NCBI GenBank assembly: GCA_964291675.2
Contig: OZ219866.1
Span: forward strand, 2,464,001 to 2,528,000
Reading direction: 5' to 3'
DNA from: Alphaproteobacteria bacterium
Lineage (GTDB): Bacteria; Pseudomonadota; Alphaproteobacteria; MPNO01
Length of the DNA stretch: 64,000 nt
Shown one piece after another: positions 19,921 through 32,011 of this stretch (positions within the stretch are counted from its first letter, which is position 1; each line of letters begins with the position of its first letter). Made by a program: the position numbers and the translations under genes. The notes under the pieces are model-generated. The model was given only the letters and a program-made list of their open reading frames with translations. It ran no database searches and had not been told where the DNA came from.

Positions 19921-20799
19921 TCAGGGCGCGTGAATGAAGGTTCGGACCACCTCGTTGAACCGTTCGGGGTGCTCGCGGAAGCTGTAATGGCCCGACCGGT
20001 TGAAGATCTGCCAGCGCGCCCGGCGCTCCCTCTCGGCGAGGATGCGGTAGAGGCCCATCGCCTGTTCGCGCGACACCGTGGGGTCGTCGCTGCCCCAGAT
20101 CTGGAGGACCGGGCGCTGGATGCCGCGGGTGCCGAGGATGCGGAACATCTCCTCCTTCTGGGTGAGGATGCCGGGCAGGAATTTGGTCCACTGGAAGCCG
20201 TCCCCGGACATCTTGCGCACCGCCTCGGCGTATTTGGGCTGCCGCGCGATTTCCACCATGGCGTCGATCCACGCATCCGATATGTGGTCGTGGCCGTAGG
20301 AGTATTTCTCCACCACCCAGCGCTGGCTCGCGGCGCTCAGCGCGGGCCCGGGCATGTTGGCGAACACGAGCTCGTTGCGCCCGATTCCCGGCGCGCAGGT
20401 GTTGCTGTCGACGATGGTGCAGCTCTTGACCAGCTCCGGGTGCTCGACCGTGAGGCGGCAGACCAGATAGCCGCCGCGCGAATGGCCGACCAGATGCGCC
20501 CCCTCGATCCCCAGCGCCCGCAGCGTCGCATATGCGTGCTGCACCGCCGCATGCATGGTGTAGTCGTCATCCGTCCGGGGATTGCCGGTGTAGCCCTGTC
20601 CCAGCTTGTCGATGGCGAAGACGCGGAACCATTTGGCGAGGCCGTCGAAATTGAGGTCCCAGTCGTCGGCCGAGCAGGCGCCCGTGGTCGAGCCGAAGGC
20701 GCCGCCATGCACCAGCACCAAGGTCTCGCCCGAGCCCCGCTCGAAATAGCGGGTACGCACCCCCTCCACGTCGACGAATCTTGCGTCCGGTATCGGCAT
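19921..20799 (-). CDS. Alpha/beta hydrolase, GHSRG paralog 2
   Basis: HGGAFG, DKLGQGYT, GHSRGGY, WGSDDPT, SGHYSFREHP. Confidence 0.9.
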   Translation of the reverse strand: MPIPDARFVDVEGVRTRYFERGSGETLVLVHGGAFGSTTGACSADDWDLNFDGLAKWFRVFAIDKLGQGYTGNPRTDDDYTMHAAVQHAYATLRALGIEGAHLVGHSRGGYLVCRLTVEHPELVKSCTIVDSNTCAPGIGRNELVFANMPGPALSAASQRWVVEKYSYGHDHISDAWIDAMVEIARQPKYAEAVRKMSGDGFQWTKFLPGILTQKEEMFRILGTRGIQRPVLQIWGSDDPTVSREQAMGLYRILAERERRARWQIFNRSGHYSFREHPERFNEVVRTFIHAP

Positions 20800-20824
20800 T
20801 CGTGTCTCCCGCGTCCGCGATGTT

Positions 20825-21748
20825 TCAAGTCACCCCTGACGACGCCCGCTTGAGACGGGGGTCGAGTATGTCGCGCAGCCCGTCGCCCAGCAGGTTGATG
20901 CCGAGCACCGTCATGAAGATGCAGAGCCCGGGAAACAGCGCCAGCCACCACGACGTCGAGATGTGCTCGCGCCCGTCGGCGAGCATGCTGCCCCAGGTGG
21001 GGATTTCCGGCGGCACCCCGAGCCCCAGGAAGCTGAGGCTGGCTTCCGAGATGATCGCCGATGCCATGGCGAAGGTGCCGATGACGATCGCCGCCTGCAG
21101 CAGGTTGGGCAGGATGTGGCGGCCGACGATCCGCCCGTGCGAGGCGCCGAGCGACCGCGCGGCGGTGACGAAATCCCGCGCCCTCAGCGACAGCGTCTGC
21201 CCGCGCGCGACGCGGCAATAGGGGATCCAGCGCTGCGCCACCAGCGCGATGATCAGGATGCCGAGCCCCTGCCCCATGAAGGCGAGGATGGCGATCGCCA
21301 GCAGCAGCGGCGGGAACGCCCAGACGACCTCCACGGTCTTCTGGATGGCGAAATCGGTGCGCCCGCCGAAATAGCCCGAGATCGCCCCGAACCCGACGCC
21401 GACGATGCCGGAGACCAGCACCACCGTGGAGGCGATCACCAGCGAGATCCGCGCGCCGTAGATGATCCTGCTCAGAATGTCGCGCCCGACATGGTCGGTG
21501 CCGAGAAAGAACCTGCCGGCGAAGTAGTCGGGCGCCTGAAGCGCGGCCAGCAGGTCCTGCTGGTTGGGGTCGTAGGGGGTGATCACCGGGGCCAGCACGC
21601 CCACCGTTATCAGCAGCGCGACGACCGCCCCGCCGAGGCAGATCTTGACCTTCATCCAGCGCCGCGAGCGCCTTTTCAGCTCGGCCAGCCACTGGACCAG
21701 CGGCGCGGCGCGGCTAGTCGAAACGGATTCTTGGATCGATCGCGCCAT
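20825..21748 (-). CDS. Dpp/Opp-type ABC permease (DppC-like)
   Basis: LGTDHVGRDILSRIIYGARISL; EAA-like loop DFVTAARSLGAS. Confidence 0.93.
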   Translation of the reverse strand: MARSIQESVSTSRAAPLVQWLAELKRRSRRWMKVKICLGGAVVALLITVGVLAPVITPYDPNQQDLLAALQAPDYFAGRFFLGTDHVGRDILSRIIYGARISLVIASTVVLVSGIVGVGFGAISGYFGGRTDFAIQKTVEVVWAFPPLLLAIAILAFMGQGLGILIIALVAQRWIPYCRVARGQTLSLRARDFVTAARSLGASHGRIVGRHILPNLLQAAIVIGTFAMASAIISEASLSFLGLGVPPEIPTWGSMLADGREHISTSWWLALFPGLCIFMTVLGINLLGDGLRDILDPRLKRASSGVT

Positions 21749-22718
21749 AGCTGATATCGATGAGGAAGTTGACGGTGACGAACAGCACGGTGTAGGCGAG
21801 CACCACGCCCGTGATCAGCGGGTAGTCGCGGGTGCCGAGGCCGTTGATCAGCAGATTGCCGATCCCCGGCCAGGCGAACACGGTCTCGACGATGATCGAG
21901 CCCGAGAGCAGCGTGCCGAGCTCGAGACCGACGACGGTGATGATCGTGATCAGGGCGTTGCGGACGATGTGGCGCCACAGCACGACCCGGCCGCTCAGCC
22001 CCTTGGCGCGGGCGGTGGTCACGAACTCCTCATGCGTCACGTCGAGGATCGCCGAGCGCGTGACGCGCATCAGGATGCCGAGCATGTTCACGCCGAGCGT
22101 AGCCGCCGGCATGACGATGTAGGAAAGCGCGTCGAAGAACCCTTTCCAGTTCCCCTGGATCAGGCTGTCGACGGTGTAGAAGCCGGTGATCGTCGGTCCG
22201 GCGATGCCGTAGGTCTCGCGCCCGGCCGACGGCAGCAGGTTGAAATACCCCGAGACGATGAGGATCAGCATGATCCCCATCCAGAAGCTCGGCATGCTGA
22301 TGCCGAAGAAGCCGAACACCGAGCCGAAATTGTCGACCCAGGAGTTGGGTCTGGCTCCGGCCCACACGCCCAGCGGAACGCCGATCAGGACCGCCAGCAG
22401 GGTGGCGAAGAAGGTGAGCTCAAGCGTCGCCGGAAAGCGCTGCGCGAGCAACGTGGTGACCGACTCCTTGTAGCGGAACGACTCGCCGAAATCGCCCTGC
22501 ACGGCGGAGCCGAGGAAGACCAGGTATTGCTCGTGGAACGGCTTGTCGAGCCCCCACCGCGCCCGCGCCTCGGCGATATCCTCGTGCGTCGCCTCCTCGG
22601 GCAGCAGGATATCGGCCGGATCGCCGGGCGCGAGCTGCAGCAGGCCGAACACCAGCAGGGTGATCAACAGAAGGACGGGTATCGTCCCGACCACCCGCTT
22701 GAGGGTGTAGGTCAGCAA
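21714..22718 (-). CDS. Dpp/Opp-type ABC permease (DppB-like)
   Basis: APGDPA, GDFGES, RFPATLEL, TARAKGL, IVETVFAWPGIG; TTG start. Confidence 0.93.
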   Translation of the reverse strand: MLTYTLKRVVGTIPVLLLITLLVFGLLQLAPGDPADILLPEEATHEDIAEARARWGLDKPFHEQYLVFLGSAVQGDFGESFRYKESVTTLLAQRFPATLELTFFATLLAVLIGVPLGVWAGARPNSWVDNFGSVFGFFGISMPSFWMGIMLILIVSGYFNLLPSAGRETYGIAGPTITGFYTVDSLIQGNWKGFFDALSYIVMPAATLGVNMLGILMRVTRSAILDVTHEEFVTTARAKGLSGRVVLWRHIVRNALITIITVVGLELGTLLSGSIIVETVFAWPGIGNLLINGLGTRDYPLITGVVLAYTVLFVTVNFLIDISYGAIDPRIRFD

Positions 22719-22781
22719 ACGAAACCCGCCTTTCCGTCAGACCGGCAAGGCGCGATGCCGCCGCGCGGCGGGCGGCGCCGG

Positions 22782-24314
22782 CTAGTTCTTCATCGTCGCT
22801 TCGCTCATATAGGGACGACCGTCCGGCCGCGGCTGGTAGTCGACGTTGTTCGCCACGCCGTATTGCAGCGTGTGCGTCCACATGAAGCAGGCCGGCGCCT
22901 CCTCGGTCAGCACCGACATCGCCTCACGCAGCGTCGCGATGCGCTTCTGCTCGTCGAAGGCGGCCCGTTCGGCCTGCATCAGCTTGTCGTACTCGGCGCT
23001 GGAGAACTTGATGCGCGGCGACACCCCGGTCTCGAAATACTGCGACAGCGCCGGGCCGGGGTCGATCACCGAGCCGCGGCCCTGATAGAAGAACGGCACC
23101 TTGCCCTTGCGCACATTGGCCCACTGCGTGACCCATTCGGGGGTGTGCAGCTTGGTCCTGATCCCGACCGCGCCCAGCATCGGCACCATGGCCTGGGTGA
23201 TCTGCTTGTCGTTCACGTAGCGCGCGACGGGCGTGTACAGGTCGACATCGACCCCGTCGGCGTATCCCGCCTCGGCGAGCAGCTTCTTCGCCTTCTCCGG
23301 GTTGTAGTCGTAGACCGGCTTGTGGTCGGGGTTGTAGGCGTACTGGCCCGGCCCGATCGGACCCTGCAGAAGCTGCGCCTGCCCCTTGAGCAGCGCCTTC
23401 ACGATGCCCTCGCGGTTGATCGCGTGGCAGACCGCCTGGCGCACCTTCTGGTTGTCCCACGGCTTCATCGCCGGGTTCATGGCGAGGAACATGATCTCGA
23501 CCGAGCTGGTGGGAACCAGCCTGGCGTTCTTCGACTTCTCGATGCGGCTCAGGAGATGCGGCGGGATGAACTGCGCGATCTGGATCTCGCCGTTGAGCAG
23601 CGCGGTGACCCGCTGTTCCGACTCGGTCATCTTGCGCACGATCACGATGTCCGGCGAGCCCGGCCTGAGGAACGGGTTCCCTTCGGCCTTCTCCAGCACC
23701 ATGCGGTTGCCGATGACGAACTCCTTGAGCCTGTAGGGTCCGGCGCCGTAGGGGTGGTTCTTGTCGGCTTCCTTGGCGCCGTACTTGTCGTAGGCGTCCT
23801 TGCTGGAGATCGCCCACAGGCCGCAGATATAGCTCAGCAGCGACGATGTCGGCTTGTGGGAGATCATCCTGACGGTGTAGTCGTCGACCGCCTCGACGGA
23901 CTTGATCTTCCGCGCCGAGTTCTGCTTCTGGCTGCTCTCGGGATCCTTGCTCATGCGGAAGAAGGAGTGGACGACGTCCTTCGCCGTCAGCTCGGTCCCG
24001 TTGTGGAACTTCATCCCCTTCTTGAGATGGAAGATCCAGGTGTTCTCGTCCTTGACCTCCCATTTCTCGGCGAGATGGCCGACATAGCCGCCCTTCTCGA
24101 AGCTGTAGCGGCAGAGATTGCCGTAGATCTCGCCCCACAGACCGTAGAGATGCGACGCGCTGTCGCCATAGGGGTTGACCGTGCTGAGATTGGAGGTGAT
24201 GCCGAGCGTGAGCCGGGTCTCCGCCGACGCGGTCGCGCCGACCGTGACCCCGGCCGCCAGAACGGCGCACGCCGCCATTCTCGACGCCACTCGCGCGGAA
24301 GCTGAAACTCGCAT
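22782..24314 (-). CDS. Family-5 ABC solute-binding protein (DppA-like)
   Basis: Signal peptide; LAEKW...FHLKKGMKFHNG, GAGPY, KVRQAV.HAINRE, YNPEKAKKLLAEAGY. Confidence 0.93.
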   Translation of the reverse strand: MRVSASARVASRMAACAVLAAGVTVGATASAETRLTLGITSNLSTVNPYGDSASHLYGLWGEIYGNLCRYSFEKGGYVGHLAEKWEVKDENTWIFHLKKGMKFHNGTELTAKDVVHSFFRMSKDPESSQKQNSARKIKSVEAVDDYTVRMISHKPTSSLLSYICGLWAISSKDAYDKYGAKEADKNHPYGAGPYRLKEFVIGNRMVLEKAEGNPFLRPGSPDIVIVRKMTESEQRVTALLNGEIQIAQFIPPHLLSRIEKSKNARLVPTSSVEIMFLAMNPAMKPWDNQKVRQAVCHAINREGIVKALLKGQAQLLQGPIGPGQYAYNPDHKPVYDYNPEKAKKLLAEAGYADGVDVDLYTPVARYVNDKQITQAMVPMLGAVGIRTKLHTPEWVTQWANVRKGKVPFFYQGRGSVIDPGPALSQYFETGVSPRIKFSSAEYDKLMQAERAAFDEQKRIATLREAMSVLTEEAPACFMWTHTLQYGVANNVDYQPRPDGRPYMSEATMKN

Positions 24315-24395
24315 TACCGTTCTCCCCTTCGGATGTTCGTCCCCAGCGGCATCCCCGCCGCATGGCCGCAGTCTACAGACATCGCCGCCGCCGGC

Positions 24396-25697
24396 TCAAT
24401 AATAGCCCGCCGCGATCGCCTGGCAGACCAGCTCGACGGCGGGCGGGACCAGCCCCAACGGCAGCCCCTCCTCGGCCCGCCAGTAGGAGTGGATGCCGGT
24501 GCCGAACTCGACGATCCGCACCTCGGGCGCGGGCTCGATCTTCTCCAGCATGGGCAGCATGACGCCGTAATACTTCTCCGGCGTGTGGTCGCGGCTGAAC
24601 CGGGCGATCATGTAGAGCAGCGGCGGCACCGGCTTCGCGCCCTTGCCCTCCAGCGGCCGCCCCATGCCGATATAGCGCTGCACCAGGTCCCGCGTTCCCG
24701 TCTCCGACAGGCCGAGGCGGGCCGCGGTCACGGTCGCGGCTTCGGTGAGCGCCGGGATCGAGTGGATGTGGAAGAAATTCTCCGCCTTGATCTGCGGGAA
24801 GCGCTTGACCTCCTCCCACGTCTCGAAGACTTCCTCCATCACCCAGGGCAGCCGCATCAGGGGCTCGCCGCCCTCCTGCATGTAGAGCTCCGCGCCCCGG
24901 TAGCGGGCGAGCTCGCGCCAGTCGCGGACCAGCAGGTCGTTGAACGGGTTGGGCCAGTCGTGCCCGGCCATCGCGTGGAAGATGCAGGCGAAGGTGGAGT
25001 TCTCGATCCCGGCGAGCCCGACGACGTTCTCGACGCGCTGCAAAATCATGTGCGAGAACGGCCCGCCGGTAGAATGGCCGTGGGTGTAGACGGCGAACTC
25101 GTCGACCGGGAAATGCCGCCGGCACAGATCCTTCATCGCCGCCTCGAAAGCGAGCGGCCAGGCCGCCATCCGCGCATGGAACACGGTCCCCGGGCGGGCG
25201 CGGGCGAAGGTCCGGGTGCCGTAGACGTGGCGCAGGGACGCCTCGCGCACGATGTCGTACTGCTCGCGGCCGATCGCCTCGCCGCGCTTCCAGATCGGCG
25301 TGCGCAGCCCGCCATCGGCGAGCCTGGTGTCGCCCGGCCAGTCGCGCGACGGGTCGGGAAAGTAGAGCCGGCCCGGGAAGGTCATGTTGACCACCTTGAA
25401 GCCGCGCTTCCGCGCGAGGGTCAGCGCGTAGGGCTCGATCGAGCGCCAGTCGCTCGCCCCGCCATGGGTCATCAGCATGCCGGAACGCCGCCCGTCGGCG
25501 GAGACATGGGCTCTGGCGCGGTCCACCGGCTCGTAGACCATCGCGCCGATGTCCCATTCCATGCCGGCGACGTCGAGGCGGAACACGTCCTCGTACCGCC
25601 CGATCTCGATGTCGGGCTCGGCCAGCACGCGGTCCGAGATCTCGACCAGCTCGTCGCGCGCGTAGCGCCTCGGCGGCTGCCACGATCCGTCGGGCAT
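24396..25697 (-). CDS. Uncharacterised ~433-aa alpha/beta-hydrolase-fold protein
   Basis: Starts MPDGSWQPP; HGGASD, nucleophile elbow GHSTGGPF, C-terminal GIHSY; colinear similarity to 29580-30869. Confidence 0.75.
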   Translation of the reverse strand: MPDGSWQPPRRYARDELVEISDRVLAEPDIEIGRYEDVFRLDVAGMEWDIGAMVYEPVDRARAHVSADGRRSGMLMTHGGASDWRSIEPYALTLARKRGFKVVNMTFPGRLYFPDPSRDWPGDTRLADGGLRTPIWKRGEAIGREQYDIVREASLRHVYGTRTFARARPGTVFHARMAAWPLAFEAAMKDLCRRHFPVDEFAVYTHGHSTGGPFSHMILQRVENVVGLAGIENSTFACIFHAMAGHDWPNPFNDLLVRDWRELARYRGAELYMQEGGEPLMRLPWVMEEVFETWEEVKRFPQIKAENFFHIHSIPALTEAATVTAARLGLSETGTRDLVQRYIGMGRPLEGKGAKPVPPLLYMIARFSRDHTPEKYYGVMLPMLEKIEPAPEVRIVEFGTGIHSYWRAEEGLPLGLVPPAVELVCQAIAAGYY

Positions 25698-25714
25698 GGT
25701 TCCGGTCCCCGCGC

Positions 25715-26590
25715 CTAGAGCGCTTGGATGAAGCCGCGCAGCATCTCGTTGAAGATCTCCGGCTGCTCGCGGAACGAATGGTGCCCCGCGCGGTTGATGA
25801 TCTGGAGCTGGCAGCGCGGCTCGGTGGCGGCGATCAGGTCGAACAGCGCATAGCCCTGCTCCAGCGGCGCCGTCGGGTCGTTGCGGCCCCAGACGATCTG
25901 CGTCGGTCTGCCCATGCCGCGGTCGCGGATCCAGGCGAACATCACCGACTTGTCCTTCGCCAGGCCGGGCAGGAACATCCTGGTCTTGAGACCCTCGTCC
26001 TCCATCTTGCGGACGGATTCCTGGAACTTGGGCAGGTTCGCCACCTCGACTGCGGCATCGAGGAACGCGTCGTCGATGTGGTGCGGGCTGTAGGAGTAGT
26101 GCTCGTAGACCCATTTCTGGCACTCGCGGCCGAGCCGGGGTCGGGGCGCGCCGGCATGCACGACGTCGTTGAGCCCGCGCCCGGGCGCGCAGGTGTTGCT
26201 GTCGATAATGGTGCAGGACGCCACTAGCCCGGGCTGCTCCAGCGTCAGCCGGCAGACCAGGTAGCCGCCGCGCGAATGGCCCGCGAGATGCACGTCCGAG
26301 AGCCCCAGCGCGCGGATGAAGCCGTTGGCGTGCTGCACCACCGCGTTCATCGTGTAGTCGTCGCCCGGCGGGTTGTCGGTATGTCCCTGGCCGAGCTTGT
26401 CGAACGCGACGACATGGAAGTCGCGGGCCAGCGAATCGAAGTTCCGGTCCCAGACGACGGCGCTCGACGCCGCCTCGTCGGAGCCGAAATTGCCGCCGAA
26501 GACGAGCACCAGGGGCGGCCCGGAGCCGGCTTCGAAATAGCGCGTGCGGATTCCGTCGACATCGATCCACTTGGCATCGGTCATCGGCAT
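25715..26590 (-). CDS. Alpha/beta hydrolase, GHSRG paralog 3
   Basis: MPMTDAKW; [38 protein letters not shown]. Confidence 0.9.
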   Translation of the reverse strand: MPMTDAKWIDVDGIRTRYFEAGSGPPLVLVFGGNFGSDEAASSAVVWDRNFDSLARDFHVVAFDKLGQGHTDNPPGDDYTMNAVVQHANGFIRALGLSDVHLAGHSRGGYLVCRLTLEQPGLVASCTIIDSNTCAPGRGLNDVVHAGAPRPRLGRECQKWVYEHYSYSPHHIDDAFLDAAVEVANLPKFQESVRKMEDEGLKTRMFLPGLAKDKSVMFAWIRDRGMGRPTQIVWGRNDPTAPLEQGYALFDLIAATEPRCQLQIINRAGHHSFREQPEIFNEMLRGFIQAL

Positions 26591-26631
26591 GATCGCGTCT
26601 CCCTGGACCAGGAAATAACCGCCCGAGATCG

Positions 26632-27510
26632 TCAGTTCAGGCTGGAGATGAAGCCGCGGACGATCCCGTTGAACCGTTCGGGGTGCTCGCGGAACGGGAA
26701 ATGCCCGGCCCGGTTGACGATGTGGAAATAGGCCTGGCGTTCGCCGGCGGCGATCGTCTCGTAGAGCGGAATGCCCTGGCGCAGCGGCGCGGTGGGGTCG
26801 TTGTAGCCCCACACCAGCTGGGTCGGCCGCTTCATCTTCCGGTCCTGGATCCAGCGCAGGGTCTCGGCCTTCTGGCGCGCCAGCTCGGGCAGGAAGAGGC
26901 CCGCCTTGAGGCCCTCGTCCTCCATCTTGCGGATCGCCTCCTGCGTCGTGGGAAGGCGGCCGACCTCGACCACGGCATCGAGCCAGGCTTCGGTGATGTG
27001 GTCGGGGGAGTAGGAATATTTCTCGTAGGTCCAGCGCTGGCACTCGCGGCTGAGCGGCTCGTATGGCGGCTGGGCGTGGACGATCTCGTTGAGCCCGACG
27101 CCGGGGCCGAGCGTGCCCGAGTCCACGATGGTGCAGGACCGGACGAGCTCCGGGAATTCGAGCGTCAGCCGGCAGACCAGGTAGCCGCCCCGCGAATGCC
27201 CCACCAGATGGACGTTGGAGAGTCCGATAGCGTCGATGAAGGCAGCGGCGTGATGGACGACCGCGTTCATCGTGTAGTCGTCGTCGATCGGGTTGCCGGT
27301 ATGGCCCTGTCCCAGCTTGTCCGGCGCTACCACATGATAGTCCGCCGCCAGCCCGTCGAAGTTGCGGTCCCAGGCGATGGCGCAGTTCGACCCGTCCCTG
27401 GAGCCGAAATTGCCGCCATAGAAGAGCACCACGGTCTCGCCCTCGCCGGCCTCGAAATAGCGCGTGTCGACATCGCCGACGCTGGTCCATTTGGGATCGT
27501 TCATCGGCAT
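26632..27510 (-). CDS. Alpha/beta hydrolase, GHSRG paralog 4
   Basis: MPMNDPKW; [38 protein letters not shown]. Confidence 0.9.
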   Translation of the reverse strand: MPMNDPKWTSVGDVDTRYFEAGEGETVVLFYGGNFGSRDGSNCAIAWDRNFDGLAADYHVVAPDKLGQGHTGNPIDDDYTMNAVVHHAAAFIDAIGLSNVHLVGHSRGGYLVCRLTLEFPELVRSCTIVDSGTLGPGVGLNEIVHAQPPYEPLSRECQRWTYEKYSYSPDHITEAWLDAVVEVGRLPTTQEAIRKMEDEGLKAGLFLPELARQKAETLRWIQDRKMKRPTQLVWGYNDPTAPLRQGIPLYETIAAGERQAYFHIVNRAGHFPFREHPERFNGIVRGFISSLN

Positions 27511-27512
27511 CT

Positions 27513-28499
<987 letters not shown>

Positions 28500-28528
28500 C
28501 TCTGCGGCTTCCCCCGAACCCCGGCCGG

Positions 28529-29491
<963 letters not shown>

Positions 29492-29579
29492 CTGCTAACC
29501 TCGCCGCCCGCGACACGGAGTCCCCGGCAGGCTGGCCCGGGACCTCTCGGCAGCGTCGAGGATCGGAGGAGGAAAGCGC

Positions 29580-30869
29580 ATGGGCTCCATGCAGGATGTC
29601 GTCCCTGTTCCGGACGACGGGGGGGTACTGCCGGCCGAGGCCGTGGCGGCGATTGCCAACGGCGACGCTTACCCGGAAACGACCGGCTATTCGAAGAGCG
29701 TCGATTATGTCGATTTCGAAATCTACGGCAAACCCTTCACGCAGGTCGTCATGACGCTGCTGCCCGAGACGCCCCGCCTGCACGCAGGAAGGCGGATCGT
29801 GGTGATCGCGGGGGAGGGCGGGAGCGACAACGGCAACGGGTTCCTTGCGACCTACGAGGGCAGGGAGGGCATCGGACCCTGGCTGGCGAGGCGCGGCGTG
29901 ACCTTCGTGGCGGTGCCGCGCCTGGGCCGGTGGAACTTCTTCGCCGACGGGGAAAGCGGAAGCTGGATCGACATCCCGCTCGGCGAACGCATGCCGGTCT
30001 TCGACCGCCACCGGCCGGAATACTGGCCCGCCGACGCGTACACGTCGCATGTCTCGCAGGGACAGGCGAGCCCGACCGGAAGCGATACCTACAGGCTGCC
30101 GAAAGAGGGCTCGGCTCTTTACGACCACATGCTCGCCGCGACGCCCGATGCCCTGGTCGAAGGCTATCGGCACGGCGTCCGGTTCGCGCTCGCCGCACTC
30201 GGCGTGCCGCGTAGCGGGGTCCTGCTGCTCTATTGGGGGTTCTCCACCGGAGGGCCGTTCCTGTGGGCGCTGGCGCGCTCGATCGCCCCCGACGGCATGC
30301 TGGGATGGGGAACGTCGAGCACCGGCGTCGCCTATTTCCACAGCCGCATCCGAACCGGAAACTTCGACTGGCCCTACGAGAGCTCGGTGCTCCGGGTGCG
30401 CGAGCGCGGGCGGCCCGATTTCCGCTTCTACACCGAACATGTCGATGACGAGGTGCGCGAACGCTGGTGGCGCAAGGCGCTGGCGGCGCCGCGGTTCAAG
30501 TCGATCGAGGATACGACGATGTTCTACAACGCCGCGGCGCTCGCCGAGCATGCCGGACGGCTGTGGATCGCGGATTTCCTGCCGCGGGAAGTACGCGACC
30601 GCGGCTTTGCGGCGCTGATGCGCGACATCCTGGAGCCCTGTTTCCCGGCGCCCGAGCTCCGGACGGTCGCGGTATGGGAGATGAACGGGACGCTCGACCA
30701 GGTCATCCAGCCGGACAAGGTCGATGCCGCGCGCGCGGTCATGGAGCCCTATTGCCGCCGCTACCGGGTCGCGCGCCTCGAAGGCTTCCGCCACGACATC
30801 CTGCACGACACCATCGTCGCGGTCGGGCGGATCTGGCTGAGCGTCGTGGAAGACGGCTATTTCGACTGA
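29580..30869 (+). CDS. Uncharacterised ~429-aa alpha/beta-hydrolase-fold protein
   Basis: AGGAGG RBS; EGGSD, WGFSTGGPF, NGTLDQ, GFRHD; paralogous to 24396-25697. Confidence 0.75.
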   Translation: MGSMQDVVPVPDDGGVLPAEAVAAIANGDAYPETTGYSKSVDYVDFEIYGKPFTQVVMTLLPETPRLHAGRRIVVIAGEGGSDNGNGFLATYEGREGIGPWLARRGVTFVAVPRLGRWNFFADGESGSWIDIPLGERMPVFDRHRPEYWPADAYTSHVSQGQASPTGSDTYRLPKEGSALYDHMLAATPDALVEGYRHGVRFALAALGVPRSGVLLLYWGFSTGGPFLWALARSIAPDGMLGWGTSSTGVAYFHSRIRTGNFDWPYESSVLRVRERGRPDFRFYTEHVDDEVRERWWRKALAAPRFKSIEDTTMFYNAAALAEHAGRLWIADFLPREVRDRGFAALMRDILEPCFPAPELRTVAVWEMNGTLDQVIQPDKVDAARAVMEPYCRRYRVARLEGFRHDILHDTIVAVGRIWLSVVEDGYFD

Positions 30870-30889
30870 AACCCGAATCCGGAGGGGAA

Positions 30890-31200
30890 GCTCGTTGGCG
30901 ACGGATCGAGCGGCGAAGCACGTGCGAATGGCCCCCCTGACGTGGCCGGCATCCGGGGAGACGCCGCGCCGGCGAATTGAGGAATGCCCGTCTCGGCCCC
31001 GTCTTTCGATCGGCCGATACCAGCCGGTCCTTCCGGACCTCCGACCGGCGCGGACAGACGATTTCGCTCGAGCGGCATCCGGTCGGCAGGAGGAGCCGTT
31101 CGATGTCGGCCCGCTGCCGGCCGTGCTTGCCGGTGGCCTCGTCCAGGGCCTTGCGAAGGCGCCCGATTTCCTCGCGCGACGGGAAGAAGGTGTGACCCGG
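30890..31200 (-). pseudogene. Tyrosine recombinase (phage integrase) relic
   Basis: Reads FFPSREEIGRLRKAL...ADIERLLLPTGCRSSEI..RRSEV......DRKTGPRRAFLNSPAR (box I TGxRxxE plus the KTG Lys); no start, no HxxR/Tyr. Confidence 0.7.
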
Positions 31201-31208
31201 CTCGCGGG

Positions 31209-31979
31209 TCAATCCGCGGGCAGCGCCTCGCCGGCGACGGCCAGCGGCGGAACCGGCCTGCCGCGCAGATCGGTCTTCAGGTGTTTTTCGCTGTAGCCGT
31301 TGAACAGATGGCCCAGCAGCCCGCGATCGAGATCCGAGGTGCCGAACAGCCAGTCGGCGATCGGAAAGGTCAGGTTCATGTTGACCTCCATCATGAGGCG
31401 CGTGTTGTGGTGCGCGAAATGATGGCGTCTGAGCGTGTTCACGAAGGGGCAGTTGCGGACGAAGGCGTTCTCGTCGACATGGCAGCAGTAATGCATGAAC
31501 TCGTAGATCAGGTACATGCTGACCGTGGTGACGATCAGCAGCCAGCCGACATTGGCCGAGATGGCGAGGCCGAGAATCACCGCGGGCGGCGCTGACATGA
31601 CGACGAAGGTGACCAGTGCGAAGGGCGGAAACACCGTCACCCGCCAATCGTCGGGGTCGCGGAAGCGCATCTCGGAATCGGAGAAGAACTGGTGGTGGTT
31701 CAGCGTGTGCCGCACATAGACGGCCCGGAGCCCCGGCTGGTTGAAGGGCCGGTGCATGACGAAACGGTGCACCGCCCATTCGAAGACGTTGCACATCAGG
31801 AAGAACACCGGCACCGAGAGCCATTCCCACCACAGCACGTTGTCGAGGTGGCTCACGAAGTAGTAGAGCGCCGCGCCGCCCATCAGGTAGATCACCGCGA
31901 CGTGGAAGTAGCCGTTGTACCAGCCGGCAATGCGCGAGCGGTATTCCCTGCGGAACTCGACCTGGCGCTGGATCATCAT
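31209..31979 (-). CDS. Fatty acid hydroxylase/sterol desaturase family membrane di-iron enzyme
   Basis: His boxes EWAVHRFVMH, RHTLNHH, YEFMHYCCH, RRHHFAHH. Confidence 0.85.
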   Translation of the reverse strand: MMIQRQVEFRREYRSRIAGWYNGYFHVAVIYLMGGAALYYFVSHLDNVLWWEWLSVPVFFLMCNVFEWAVHRFVMHRPFNQPGLRAVYVRHTLNHHQFFSDSEMRFRDPDDWRVTVFPPFALVTFVVMSAPPAVILGLAISANVGWLLIVTTVSMYLIYEFMHYCCHVDENAFVRNCPFVNTLRRHHFAHHNTRLMMEVNMNLTFPIADWLFGTSDLDRGLLGHLFNGYSEKHLKTDLRGRPVPPLAVAGEALPAD

Positions 31980-32011
31980 CTCGTGGTCCTCCTCTCGCGC
32001 ACGCGGCCGGC

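Noticed and set aside
21579-24305. 908-aa plus-strand ORF, and similar long shadow ORFs (52015-54606, 16283-18661)
   Set aside because: Antisense or off-frame shadows of well-supported genes, with no recognisable motifs.
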